Shown piece by piece: positions 11,201 through 24,300 of a DNA stretch of 64,000 bases (positions within the stretch are counted from its first letter, which is position 1; the number at the start of each line of letters is the position of its first letter). Made by a program: the position numbers and the translations under genes. The stretch lies in assembly GCF_009914755.1 (NCBI RefSeq), contig NC_060935.1; one strand, written 5' to 3'. Origin of the DNA: the human T2T-CHM13v2.0 reference genome, Homo sapiens. A model generated the notes under the pieces. The model searched no databases. It was not told the DNA's origin and worked only from the letters and a program-made list of their open reading frames with translations.

Positions 11201-14200
11201 GGTTCATCTTCACAGAAAAACTAAACAGAAACATTCTCAGAAACTGCTTTGTGATGTTTGTGTTCCACTTCAGGAATTGAACTTTCCTCTTGACAGAGCA
11301 GCTCTGAAACCCTCTTTTTCTAGAATCTGCAAGTGGACATTTGGAGGGCTTTGAGGCCTGTGGTGGAAAAGGAAAATCTTCACATAAAAACTAGATGGAA
11401 GCATTCTCAGAAACTACTTTGTGATGATTGCATTCGACTCACAGAGTTGAACATTCCTATAGATAGAGCAGGTTGTAAACAATCTTTTTGTAGAATCTGC
11501 GATTGGAAATTTGGACTGCTTTGAGGCCTACTGTAGTAAAGGAAATAACTTCATCTAAAAACCAAACGGAAGCATTCACAGACAATTCTTAGTGATCATT
11601 GGATTGAACTAACAGAGCTGAACATTCCTTTAGATGTAGCAGTTTCGAAACACACTTTCTCTAGAATCTGCAAGTGGATATTTGGACATCTCTGAGGATT
11701 TCGTTGGAAACGGGATAAACTTCCCAGAACTACACGGAAGCATTCTGAGAAACTTCTTTGTGATGTTTGCATTCAACTCACAGAGTTGAACCTTGCTTTC
11801 ATAGTTCAGCTTTCAAACACTCTTTTTGTAGAATCTGCAAGTGGATATTTGGACCACTTTGTGGCCTTCCTTCGAAACGGGTATATCTTCACATCAAACC
11901 TAGACAGAAGCATTCTCAGAATGTTTCCTGTGATGACTGCATTCAACTCACAGAGGTGAACAATCCTGCTGATGGAGCAGTTTTGAAACTCTCTTTCTTT
12001 GGATTCTGCAAGTGGATATGTGGACCTCTGTGAAGATTTCGTTGGAAACGGGTTCATCTTCACAGAAAAACTAAACAGAAGCATTCTCAGAAACTGCTTT
12101 GTGATGTTTGTCTTCCACTTCAGTTATTGATCTTTCCTCTTGACAGAGCAGCTCTGAAATCCTCTTATTCTAGAATCTGCAAGTGGACATTTGGAGGGCT
12201 TTGAGGCCTGTGGTGGAAAAGGAAAATCTTCACATAAAAACTAGATGGAAGCATTCTCAGAAACTACTTTGTGATGATTGCATTCGACTCACAGAGTTGA
12301 ACATTCCTATAGATAGAGCAGGTTGTAAACAATCTTTTTGTAGAATCTGCGATTGGAGATTTGGACTGCTTTGAGGCCTACTGTAGTAAAGGAAATAACT
12401 TCATCTAAAAACCAAACGGAAGCATTCACAGACAATTCTTAGTGATCATTGCATTGAACTAACAGACCTGAACATTCCTTTAGATGGAGCAGTTTCCAAA
12501 CACACTTTCTGTAGAATCTGCAAGTGGACATTTGGACTTCTCTGAGGATTTCGTTGGAAACGGGATAAACTTCCCAGAACTACACGGAAGCATTGTGAGA
12601 AACTTCTTTGTGATGTTTGCATTCAACTCACAGAGTTGAACCTTGCTTTCATAGTTCAGCTTTCAAACACTCTTTTTGTAGAATCTGCAAGTGGATATTT
12701 GGACCACTTTGTGGCCTTCCTTCGAAACGGGTATATCTTCACATCAAACCTAGACAGAAGCATTCTCAGAATGTTTCCTGTGATGACTGCATTCAACTCA
12801 CAGAGGTGAACAATCCTGTTGATGGAGCAGTTTTGAAACTCTCTTTCTTTGGATTCTGCAAGTGGATATGTGGACCTCTGTGAAGATTTCGTTGGAAACG
12901 GGTTCATCTTCACAGAAAAACTAAACAGAAGCATTCTCAGAAACTGCTTTGTGATGTTTGTGTTCCACTTCAGGAATTGAACTTTCCTCTTGACAGAGCA
13001 GCTCTGAAACCCTCTTATTCTAGAATCTGCAAGTGGACATTTGGAGGGCTTTGAGGCCAGTGGTGGAAAAGGAAAATCTTCACATAAAAACTAGATGGAA
13101 GCATTCTCAGAAACTACATTGTGATGATTGCATTCGACTCACAGAGTTGAACATTCCTATAGATAGAGCAGGTTGTAAACAATCTTTTTGTAGAATCTGC
13201 GATTGGAAATTTGGACTGCTTTGAGGCCTACTGTAGTAAAGGAAATAACTTCATCTAAAAACCAAACGGAAGCATTCACAGACAATTCTTAGTGATCATT
13301 GGATTGAACTAACAGAGCTGAACATTCCTTTAGATGGAGCAGTTTCCAAACCCACTTTCTGTAGAATCTGCAAGTGGATATTTGGACTTCTCTGAGGATT
13401 TCGTTGGAAACGGGATAAACTTCCCAGAACTACACGGAAGCATTCTGAGAAACTTCTTTGTGATGTTTGCATTCAACTCACAGAGTTGAACCTTGCTTTC
13501 ACAGTTCAGCTTTCAAACACTCTTTTTGTAGAATCTGCAAGTGGATATTTGGACCACTTTGTGGCCTTCCTTCGAAACGGGTATATCTTCATATCAAACC
13601 TAGACAGAAGCATTCTCAGAATGTTTCCTGTGATGACTGCATTCAACTCACAGAGGTGAACAATCCTGCTGATGGAGCAGTTTTGAAACTCTCTTTCTTT
13701 GGATTCTGCAAGTGGATATGTGGACCTCTGTGAAGATTTCGTTGGAAACGGGTTCATCTTCACAGAAAAACTAAACAGAAGCATTCTCAGAAACTGCTTT
13801 GTGATGTTTGTGTTCCACTTCAGTTATTGAACTTTCCTCTTGACAGAGCAGCTCTGAAATCCTCTTATTCTAGAATCTGCAAGTGGACATTTGGAGGACT
13901 TTGAGAGCTATGGTGGAAAAGGAAAATCTTCACATAAAAACTACATGGAAGCATTCTCAGAAACTACTTTGTGATGATTGCATTCGACTCACAGAGTTGA
14001 ACATTCCTATAGATAGAGCAGGTTGTAAACAATCTTTTTTTGGAATCTGCGATTGGAGATTTGGACTGCTTTGAGGCCTACTGTAGTAAAGGAAATAACT
14101 TCATCTAAAAACCAAACGGAAGCATTCACAGACAATTCTTAGTGATCATTGCATTGAACTAACAGAGCTGAACATTCCTTTAGATGGAGCAGTTTCCAAA

Positions 14201-17200
14201 CACACTTTCTGTAGAATCTGCAAGTGGACATTTGGACTTCTCTGAGGATTTCGTTGGAAACGGGATAAACTTCCCAGAACTACACGGAAGCATTCTGAGA
14301 AACTTCTTTGTGATGTTTGCATTCAACTCACAGAGTTGAACCTTGCTTTCATACTTCAGCTTACAAACACTCTTTTTGTAGAATCTGCAAGTGGATATTT
14401 GGACCACTTTGTGGCCTTCCTTCGAAACGGGTATATCTTCACATCAAACCTAGACAGAAGCATTCTCAGAATGTTTCCTGTGATGACTGCATTCAACTCA
14501 CAGAGGTGAACAATCCTGCTGATGGAGCAGTTTTGAAACTCTCTTTCTTTGGATTCTGCAAGTGGATATGTGGACCTCTGTGAAGATTTCGTTGGAAACG
14601 GGTTCATCTTCACAGAAAAACTAAACAGAAGCATTCTCAGAAACTGCTTTGTGATGTTTGTGTTCCACTTCAAGAATTGAACTTTCCTCTTGACAGAGCA
14701 GCTCTGAAACCCTCTTTTTCTAGAATCTGCAAGTAGACATTTGGAGGGCTTTGAGGCCTGTGGTGGAAAAGGAAAATCTTCACATAAAAACTAGATGGAA
14801 GCATTCTCAGAAACTCCTTTGTGATGATTGCATTCGACTCACAGAGTTGAACATTCCTATAGATAGAGCAGGTTGTAAACAATCTTTTTGTAGAATCTGC
14901 GATTGGAGATTTGGACTGCTTTGAGGCCTACTGTAGTAAAGGAAATAACTTCATCTAAAAACCAAACGGAAGCATTCACAGACAATTCTTAGTGATCATT
15001 GGATTGAACTAACAGAGCTGAACATTCCTTTAGATGGAGCAGTTTCCAAACCCACTTTCTGTAGAATCTGCAAGTGGATATTTGGACTTCTCTGAGGATT
15101 TCGTTGGAAACGGGATAAACTTCCCAGAACTACATGGAAGCATTGTGAGAAACATCTTTGTGATGTTTTCATTCAACTCACAGAGTTGAACCTTGCTTTC
15201 ATAGTTCAGCTTTCAAACACTCTTTTTGTAGAATCTGCAAGTGGATATTTGGACCACTTTGTGGCCTTCCTTCGAAACGGGTATATCTTCACATCAAACC
15301 TATACAGAAGCATTCTCAGAATGTTTCCTGTGATGACTGCATTCAACTCACAGAGGTGAACAATCCTGTTGATGGAGTAGTTTTGAAACTCTCTTTCTTT
15401 GGATTCTGCAAGTGGATATGTGGACCTCTGTGAAGATTTCGTTGGAAACGGGTTCACCTTCACAGAAAAACTAAACAGAAGCATTCTCAGAAACTGCTTT
15501 GTGATGTTTGTGTTCCACTTAAAGAATTGAACTTTCCTCTTGACAGAGCAGCTCTGAAACCCTCTTTTTCTAGAATCTGCAAGTGGACATTTGGAGGGCT
15601 TTGAGGCCAGTGGTGGAAAAGGAAAATCTTCACATAAAAACTAGATGGAAGCATTCTCAGAAACTACTTTGTGATGATTGCATTCGACTCACAGAGTTGA
15701 ACATTCCTATAGATAGAGCAGGTTGTAAACAATCTTTTTGTAGAATCTGCGATTGGAGATTTGGACTGCTTTGAGGCCTACTGTAGTAAAGGAAATAACT
15801 TCATCTAAAAACCAAACGGAAGCATTCACAGACAATTCTTAGTGATCATTGGATTGAACTAACAGAGCTGAACATTCCTTTAGATGGAGCAGTTTCCAGA
15901 CACACTTTCTGTAGAATCTGCAAGTGGATATTTGGACCTCTCTGAGGATTTCGTTGGAAACGGGATAAACTTCCCAGAACTACACGGAAGCATTCTGAGA
16001 AACTTCTTTGTGATGTTTGCATTCAACTCACAGAGTTGAACCTTGCTTTCATAGTTCAGCTTTCAAACACTCTTTTTGTAGAATCTGCAAGTGGATATTT
16101 GGACCACTTTGTGGCCTTCCTTCGAAACGGGTATATCTTCACATCAAACCTAGACAGAAGCATTCTCAGAATGTTTCCTGTGATGACTGCATTCAACTCA
16201 CAGAGGTGAACAATCCTGCTGATGGAGCAGTTTTGAAACTCTCTTTCTTTGGATTCTGCAAGTGGATATGTGGACCTCTGTGAAGATTTCGTTGGAAACG
16301 GGTTCATCTTCACAGAAAAACTAAACAGGAGCATTCTCAGAAACTGCTTTGTGATGTTTGTGTTCCACTTCAGGAATTGAACTTTCCTCTTGACAGAGCA
16401 GCTATGAAACACTCTTTTTCTAGAATCTGCAAGTGGACATTTGGAGGGCTTTGAGGCCTGTGGTGGAAAAGGAAAATCTTCACATAAAAACTAGATGGAA
16501 GCATTCTCAGAAACTCCTTTGTGATGATTGCATTCGACTCACAGAGTTGAACATTCCTATAGATAGAGCAGGTTGTAAACAATCTTTTTGTAGAATCTGC
16601 GATTGGAGTTTTGCACTGCTTTGAGGCCTACTGTAGTAAAGGAAATAACTTCATCTAAAAACCAAACGGAAGCATTCACAGACAATTCTTAGTGATCATT
16701 GCATTGAACTAACAGAGCTGAACATTCCTTTAGATGGCACAGTTTCCAAACACACTTTCTGTAGAATCTGCAAGTGGATATTTGGACCTCTCTGAGGATT
16801 TCGTTGGAAACGGGATAAACTTCCCAGAACTACACGGAAGCATTCTGAGAAACTTCTTTGTGATGTTTGCATTCAACTCACAGAGTTGAACCTTGCTTTC
16901 ATAGTTCAGCTTTCAAACACTCTTTTTGTAGAATCTGCAAGTGGATATTTGGACCATTTTGTGGCCTTCCTTCGAAACGGGTATATCTTCACATCAAACC
17001 TAGACAGAAGCATTCTCAGAATGTTTCCTGTGATGACTGCATTCAACTCACAGAGGTGAACAATCCTGCTGATGGAGCAGTTTTGAAACTCTCTTTCTTT
17101 GGATTCTGCAAGTGGATATGTGGACCTCTGTGAAGATTTCGTTGGAAACGGGTTCATCTTCACAGAAAAACTAAACAGAAACATTCTCAGAAACTGCTTT

Positions 17201-20200
17201 GTGATGTTTGTGTTCCACTTCAGGAATTGAACTTTCCTCTTGACAGAGCAGCTGTGAAATCCTCTTATTCTAGAATCTGCAAGTGGACATTTGGAGGGCT
17301 TTGAGGCCTGTGGTGGAAAAGGAAAATCTTCACATAAAAACTAGATGGAAGCATTCTCAGAAACTCCTTTGTGATGATTGCATTCGACTCACAGAGTTGA
17401 ACATTCCTATAGATAGAGCAGGTTGTAAACAATCTTTTTGTAGAATCTGCGATTGGAGATTTGGACTGCTTTGAGGCCTACTGTAGTAAAGGAAATAACT
17501 TCATCTAAAAACCAAACGGAAGCATTCACAGATAATTCTTAGTGATATTGGATTGAACTAACAGAGCTGAACATTCCTTTAGATGGAGCAGTTTCCAAAC
17601 ACACTTTCTGTAGAATCTGCAAGTGGATATTTGGACTTCTCTGAGGATTTCGTTGGAAACGGGATAAACTTCCCAGAACTACACGGAAGCATTCTGAGAA
17701 ACTTCTTTCTGATGTTTGCATTCAACTCACAGAGTTGAAACTTGCTTTCATAGTTCAGCTTTCAAACACTCTTTTTGTAGAATCTGCAAGTGGATATTTG
17801 GACCACTTTGTGGCCTTCCTTCGAAACGGGTATATCTTCACATCAAACCTAGACAGAAGCATTCTCAGAATGTTTCCCGTGATGACTGCATTCAACTCAC
17901 AGAGGTGAACAATCCTGCTGATGGAGCAGTTTTGAAACTCTCTTTCTTTGGATTCTGCAAGTGTATATGTGGACCTCTGTGAAGATTTCGTTGGAAACGG
18001 GTTCATCTTCACAGAAAAATTAACAGGAGCATTCTCAGAAACTGCTTTGTGATGTTTGTCTTCCACTTCAGTTATTGATCTTTCCTCTTGACAGAGCAGC
18101 TCTGAAATCCTCTTATTCTAGAATCTGCAAGTGGACATTTGGAGGGCTTTGAGGCCTGTGGTGGAAAAGGAAAATCTTCACATAAAAACTAGATGGAAGC
18201 ATTCTCAGAAACTACTTTGTGATGATTGCATTCGACTCACAGAGTTGAACATTCCTATAGATAGAGCAGGTTGTAAACAATCTTTTTGTAGAATCTGCGA
18301 TTGGAGATTTGGACTGCTTTGAGGCCTACTGTAGTAAAGGAAATAACTTCATCTAAAAACCAAACGGAAGCATTCACAGACAATTCTTAGTGATCATTGC
18401 ATTGAACTAACAGACCTGAACATTCCTTTAGATGGAGCAGTTTCCAAACACACTTTCTGTAGAATCTGCAAGTGGACATTTGGACTTCTCTGAGGATTTC
18501 GTTGGAAACGGGATAAACTTCCCAGAACTACACGGAAGCATTCTGAGAAACTTCTTTGTGCTGTTTGCATTCAACTCACAGAGTTGAACCTTGCTTTCAT
18601 AGTTCAGCTTTCAAACACTCTTTTTGTAGAATCTGCAAGTGGATATTTGGACCACTTTGTGGCCTTCCTTCGAAACGGGTATATCTTCACATCAAACCTA
18701 GACAGAAGCATTCTCAGAATGTTTCCTGTGATGACTGCATTCAACTCACAGAGGTGAACAATCCTGCTGATGGAGCAGTTTTGAAACTCTCTTTCTTTGG
18801 ATTCTGCAAGTGGATATGTGGACCTCTGTGAAGATTTCGTTGGAAACGGGTTCATCTTCACAGAAAAACTAAACAGAAGCATTCTCAGAAACTGCTTTGT
18901 GATGTTTGTGTTCCACTTCAAGAATTGAACTTTCCTCTTGACAGAGCAGCTCTGAAACCCTCTTTTTCTAGAATCTGCAAGTGGACATTTGGAGGGCTTT
19001 GAGGCCTGTGGTGGAAAAGGAAAATCTTCACATAAAAACTAGATGGAAGCATTCTCAGAAACTCCTTTGTGATGATTGCATTCGACTCACAGAGTTGAAC
19101 ATTCCTATAGATAGAGCAGGTTGTAAACAATCTTTTTGTAGAATCTGCGATTGGAGATTTGGACTGCTTTGAGGCCTACTGTAGTAAAGGAAATAACTTC
19201 ATCTAAAAACCAAACGGAAGCATTCACAGACAATTCTTAGTGATCATTGCATTGAACTAACAGAGCTGAACATTCCTTTAGATGGAGCAGTTTCCAAACC
19301 CACTTTCTGTAGAATCTGCAAGTGGATATTTGGACTTCTCTGAGGATTTCGTTGGAAACGGGATAAACTTCCCAGAACTACATGGAAGCATTGTGAGAAA
19401 CATCTTTGTGATGTTTTCATTCAACTCACAGAGTTGAACCTTGCTTTCATAGTTCAGCTTTCAAACACTCTTTTTGTAGAATCTGCAAGTGGATATTTGG
19501 ACCACTTTGTGGCCTTCCTTCGAAACGGGTATATCTTCACATCAAACCTAGACAGAAGCATTCTCAGAATGTTTCCTGTGATGACTGCATTCAACTCACA
19601 GAGGTGAACAATCCTGCTGATGGAGCAGTTTTGAAACTCTCTTTCTTTGGATTCTGCAAGTGGATATGTGGACCTCTGTGAAGATTTCGTTGGAAACGGG
19701 TTCATCTTCACAGAAAAACTAAACAGAAGCATTCTCAGAAACTCCTTTGTCATGTTTGTGTTCCACTTCAGGAATTGAACTTTCCTCTTGACAGAGCAGC
19801 TCTGAAACCCTCTTATTCTAGAATCTGCAAGTGGACATTTGGAGGGCTTTGAGGCCTGTGGTGGAAAACGAAAATCTTCACATAAAAACTAGATGGAAGC
19901 ATTCTCAGAAACTACTTTGTGATGATTGCATTCGACTCACAGAGTTGAACATTCCTATAGATAGAGCAGGTTGTAAACAATCTTTTTGTAGAATCTGCGA
20001 TTGGAGATTTGGACTGCTTTGAGGCCTACTGTAGTAAAGGAAATAACTTCATCTAAAAACCAAACGGAAGCATTCACAGACAATTCTTAGTGATCATTGG
20101 ATTGAACTAACAGAGCTGAACATTCCCTTAGATGGCGCAGTTTCCAAACACACTTTCTGTAGAATCTGCAAGTGGATATTTGGACCTCTCTGAGGATTTC

Positions 20201-21399
20201 GTTGGAAACGGGATAAACTTCCCAGAAATACACGGAAGCATTCTGAGAAACTTCTTTGTGATGTTTGCATTCAACTCACAGAGTTGAACCTTGCTTTCAT
20301 AGTTCAGCTTTCAAACACTCTTTTTGTAGAATCTGCAAGTGGATATTTGGACCACTTTGTGGCCTTCCTTCGAAACGGGTATATCTTCACATCAAACCTA
20401 GACAGAAGCATTCTCAGAATGTTTCCTGTGATGACTGCATTCAACTCACAGAGGTGAACAATCCTGCTGATGGAGCAGTTTTGAAACTCTCTTTCTTTGG
20501 ATTCTGCAAGTGGATATGTGGACCTCTGTGAAGATTTCGTTGGAAACGGGTTCATCTTCACAGAAAAACTAAACAGAAGCATTCTCAGAAACTGCTTTTT
20601 GATGTTTGTGTTCCACTTCAGGAATTCAACTTTCCTCTTGACAGAGCAGCTCTGAAACCCTCTTATTCTAGAATCTGCAAGTGGACATTTGGAGGGCTTT
20701 GAGGCCTGTGGTGGAAAAGGAAAATCTTCACATAAAAACTAGATGGAAGCATTCTCAGAAACTACTTTGTGATGATTGCATTCGACTCACAGAGTTGAAC
20801 ATTCCTATAGATAGAGCAGGTTGTAAACTATCTTTTTGTAGAATCTGCGATTGGAGATTTGGACTGCTTTGAGGCCTACTGTAGTAAAGGAAATAACTTC
20901 ATCTAAAAACCAAACGGAAGCATTCACAGACAATTCTTAGTGATCATTGGATTGAACTAACAGAGCTGAACATTCCTTTAGATGGAGCAGTTTCCAAACA
21001 CACTTTCTGTAGAATCTGCAAGTGGATATTGGGACTTCTCTGAGGATTTCGTTGGAAACGGGATAAACTTCCCAGAACTACACGGAAGCATTGTGAGAAA
21101 CTTCTTTGTGATGTTTGCATTCAACTCACAGAGTTGAACCTTGCTTTCATAGTTCAGCTTTCAAACACTCTTTTTGTAGAATCTGCAAGTGGATATTTGG
21201 ACCACTTTGTGGCCTTCCTTCGAAACGGGTATATCTTCACATCAAACCTAGACAGAAGCATTCTCAGAATGTTTCCTGTGATGACTGCATTCAACTCACA
21301 GAGGTGAACAATCCTGCTGATGGAGCAGTTTTGAAACTCTCTTTCTTTGGATTCTGCAAGTGGATATGTGGACCTCTGTGAAGATTTCGTTGGAAACGG

Positions 21400-24300
21400 G
21401 TTCATCTTCACAGAAAAATTAACAGGAGCATTCTCAGAAACTGCTTTGTGATGTTTGTGTTCCACTTCAAGAATTGAACTTTCCTCTTGACAGAGCAGCT
21501 CTGCAACCCTCTTTTTCAAGAATCTGCAAGTGGACATTTGGAGGGCTTTGAGGTCTGTGGTGGAAAAGGAAAATCTTCACATAAAAACTAGATGGAAGCA
21601 TTCTCAGAAACTACTTTGTGATGATTGCATTCGACCCACAGAGTTGAACATTCCTATAGATAGAGCAGGTTGTAAACAATCTTTTTGTAGAATCTGCGAT
21701 TGGAGATTTGGACTGCTTTGAGGCCTACTGTAGTAAAGGAAATAACTTCATCTAAAAACCAAACGGAAGCATTCACAGACAATTCTTAGTGATCATTGGA
21801 TTGAACTAACAGTGCTGAACATTCCCTTAGATGGCGCAGTTTCCAAACACACTTTCTGTAGAATCTGCAAGTGGATATTTGGACCTCTCTGAGGATTTCG
21901 TTGGAAACGGGATAAACTTCCCAGAACTACACGGAAGCATTCTGAGAAACTTCTTTGTGATGTTTGCATTCAACTCACAGAGTTGAACCTTGCTTTCATA
22001 GTTCAGCTTTCAAACACTCTTTTTGTAGAATCTGCAAGTGGATATTTGGACCACTTTGTGGCCTTCCTTCGAAACGGGTATATCTTCACATCAAACCTAG
22101 ACAGAAGCATTCTCAGAATGTTTCCTGTGATGACTGCATTCAACTCACAGAGGTGAACAATCCTGCTGATGGAGCAGTTTTGAAACTCTCTTTCTTTGGA
22201 TTCTGCAAGTGGATATGTGGACCTCTGTGAAGATTTCGTTGGAAACGGGTTCATCCTCACAGAAAAACTAAACAGGAGCATTCTCAGAAACTGCTTTGTG
22301 ATGTTTGTGTTCCACTTCAGGAATTGAACTTTCCTCTTGACAGAGCAGCTCTGAAACCCTCTTATTCTAGAATCTTCAAGTGGACATTTGGAGGGCTTTG
22401 AGGCCTGTGGTGGAAAAGGAAAATCTTCACATAAAAACTAGATGGAAGCATTCTCAGAAACTACTTTGTGATGATTGCATTCGACTCACAGAGTTGAACA
22501 TTCCTATAGGGAGAGCAGGTTGTAAACAATCTTTTTGTAGAATCTGCGATTGGAGATTTGGACTGCTTTGAGGCCTACTGTAGTAAAGGAAATAACTTCA
22601 TCTAAAAACCAAACGGAAGCATTCACAGACAATTCTTAGTGATCATTGGATTGAACTAACAGAGCTGAACATTCCTTTAGATGGCGCAGTTTCCAGACAC
22701 ACTTTCTGTAGAATCTGCAACTGGATATTTGGACCTCTCTGAGGATTTCTTTGGAAAAGGGATAAACTTCCCAGAACTACACGGAAGCATTCTGAGAAAC
22801 TTCTTTGTGATGTTTGCATTCAACTCACAGAGTTGAACCTTGCTTTCATAGTTCAGCTTTCAAACACTCTTTTTGTAGAATCTGCAAGTGGATATTTGGA
22901 CCACTTTGTGGCCTTCCTTCGAAACGGGTATATCTTCACATCAAACCTAGACAGAAGCATTCTCAGAATGTTTCCTGTGATGACTGCATTCAACTCACAG
23001 AGGTGAACAATCCTGCTGATGGAGCAGTTTTGAAACTCTCTTTCTTTGGATTCTGCAAGTGGATATGTGGACCTCTGTGAAGATTTCGTTGGAAACGGGT
23101 TCATCTTCACAGAAAAATTAACAGGAGCGTTCTCACAAACTGCTTTGTGATGTTTGTGTTCCACTTCAAGAATTGAACTTTCCTCTTGACAGAGCAGCTC
23201 TGCAACCCTCTTTTTCTAGAATCTGCAAGTGGACATTTGGAGGGCTTTGAGGTCTGTGGTGGAAAAGGAAAATCTTCACATAAAAACTAGATGGAAGCAT
23301 TCTCAGAAACTACTTTGTGATGATTGCATTCGACCCACAGAGTTGAACATTCCTATAGATAGAGCAGGTTGTAAACAATCTTTTTGTAGAATCTGCGATT
23401 GGAGATTTGGACTGCTTTGAGGCCTACTGTAGTAAAGGAAATAACTTCATCTAAAAACCAAACGGAAGCATTCACAGACAATTCTTAGTGATCATTGGAT
23501 TGAACTAACAGAGCTGAACATTCCCTTAGATGGCGCAGTTTCCAAACACACTTTCTGTAGAATCTGAAAGTGGATATTTGGACCTCTCTGAGGATTTCGT
23601 TGGAAACGGGATAAACTTCCCAGAACTACACGGAAGCATTCTGAGAAACTTCTTTGTGATGTTTGCATTCAACTCACAGAGTTGAACCTTGCTTTCATAG
23701 TTCAGCTTTCAAACACTCTTTTTGTAGAATCTGCAAGTGGATATTTGGACCACTTTGTGGCCTTCCTTCGAAACGGGTATATCTTCACATCAAACCTAGA
23801 CAGAAGCATTCTCAGAATGTTTCCTGTGATGACTGCATTCAACTCACAGAGGTGAACAATCCTGCTGATGGAGCAGTTTTGAAACTCTCTTTCTTTGGAT
23901 TCTGCAAGTGGATATGTGGACCTCTGTGAAGATTTCGTTGGAAACGGGTTCATCCTCACAGAAAAACTAAACAGAAGCATTCTCAGAAACTGCTTTGTGA
24001 TGTTTGTGTTCCACTTCAGGAATTGAACTTTCCTCTTGACAGAGCAGCTCTGAAACCCTCTTATTCTAGAATCTTCAAGTGGACATTTGGAGGGCTTTGA
24101 GGCCTGTGGTGGAAAAGGAAAATCTTCACATAAAAACTAGATGGAAGCATTCTCAGAAACTACTTTGTGATGATTGCATTCGACTCACAGAGTTGAACAT
24201 TCCTATAGATAGAGCAGGTTGTAAACAATCTTTTTGTAGAATCTGCGATTGGAGATTTGGACTGCTTTGAGGCCTACTGTAGTAAAGGAAATAACTTCAT

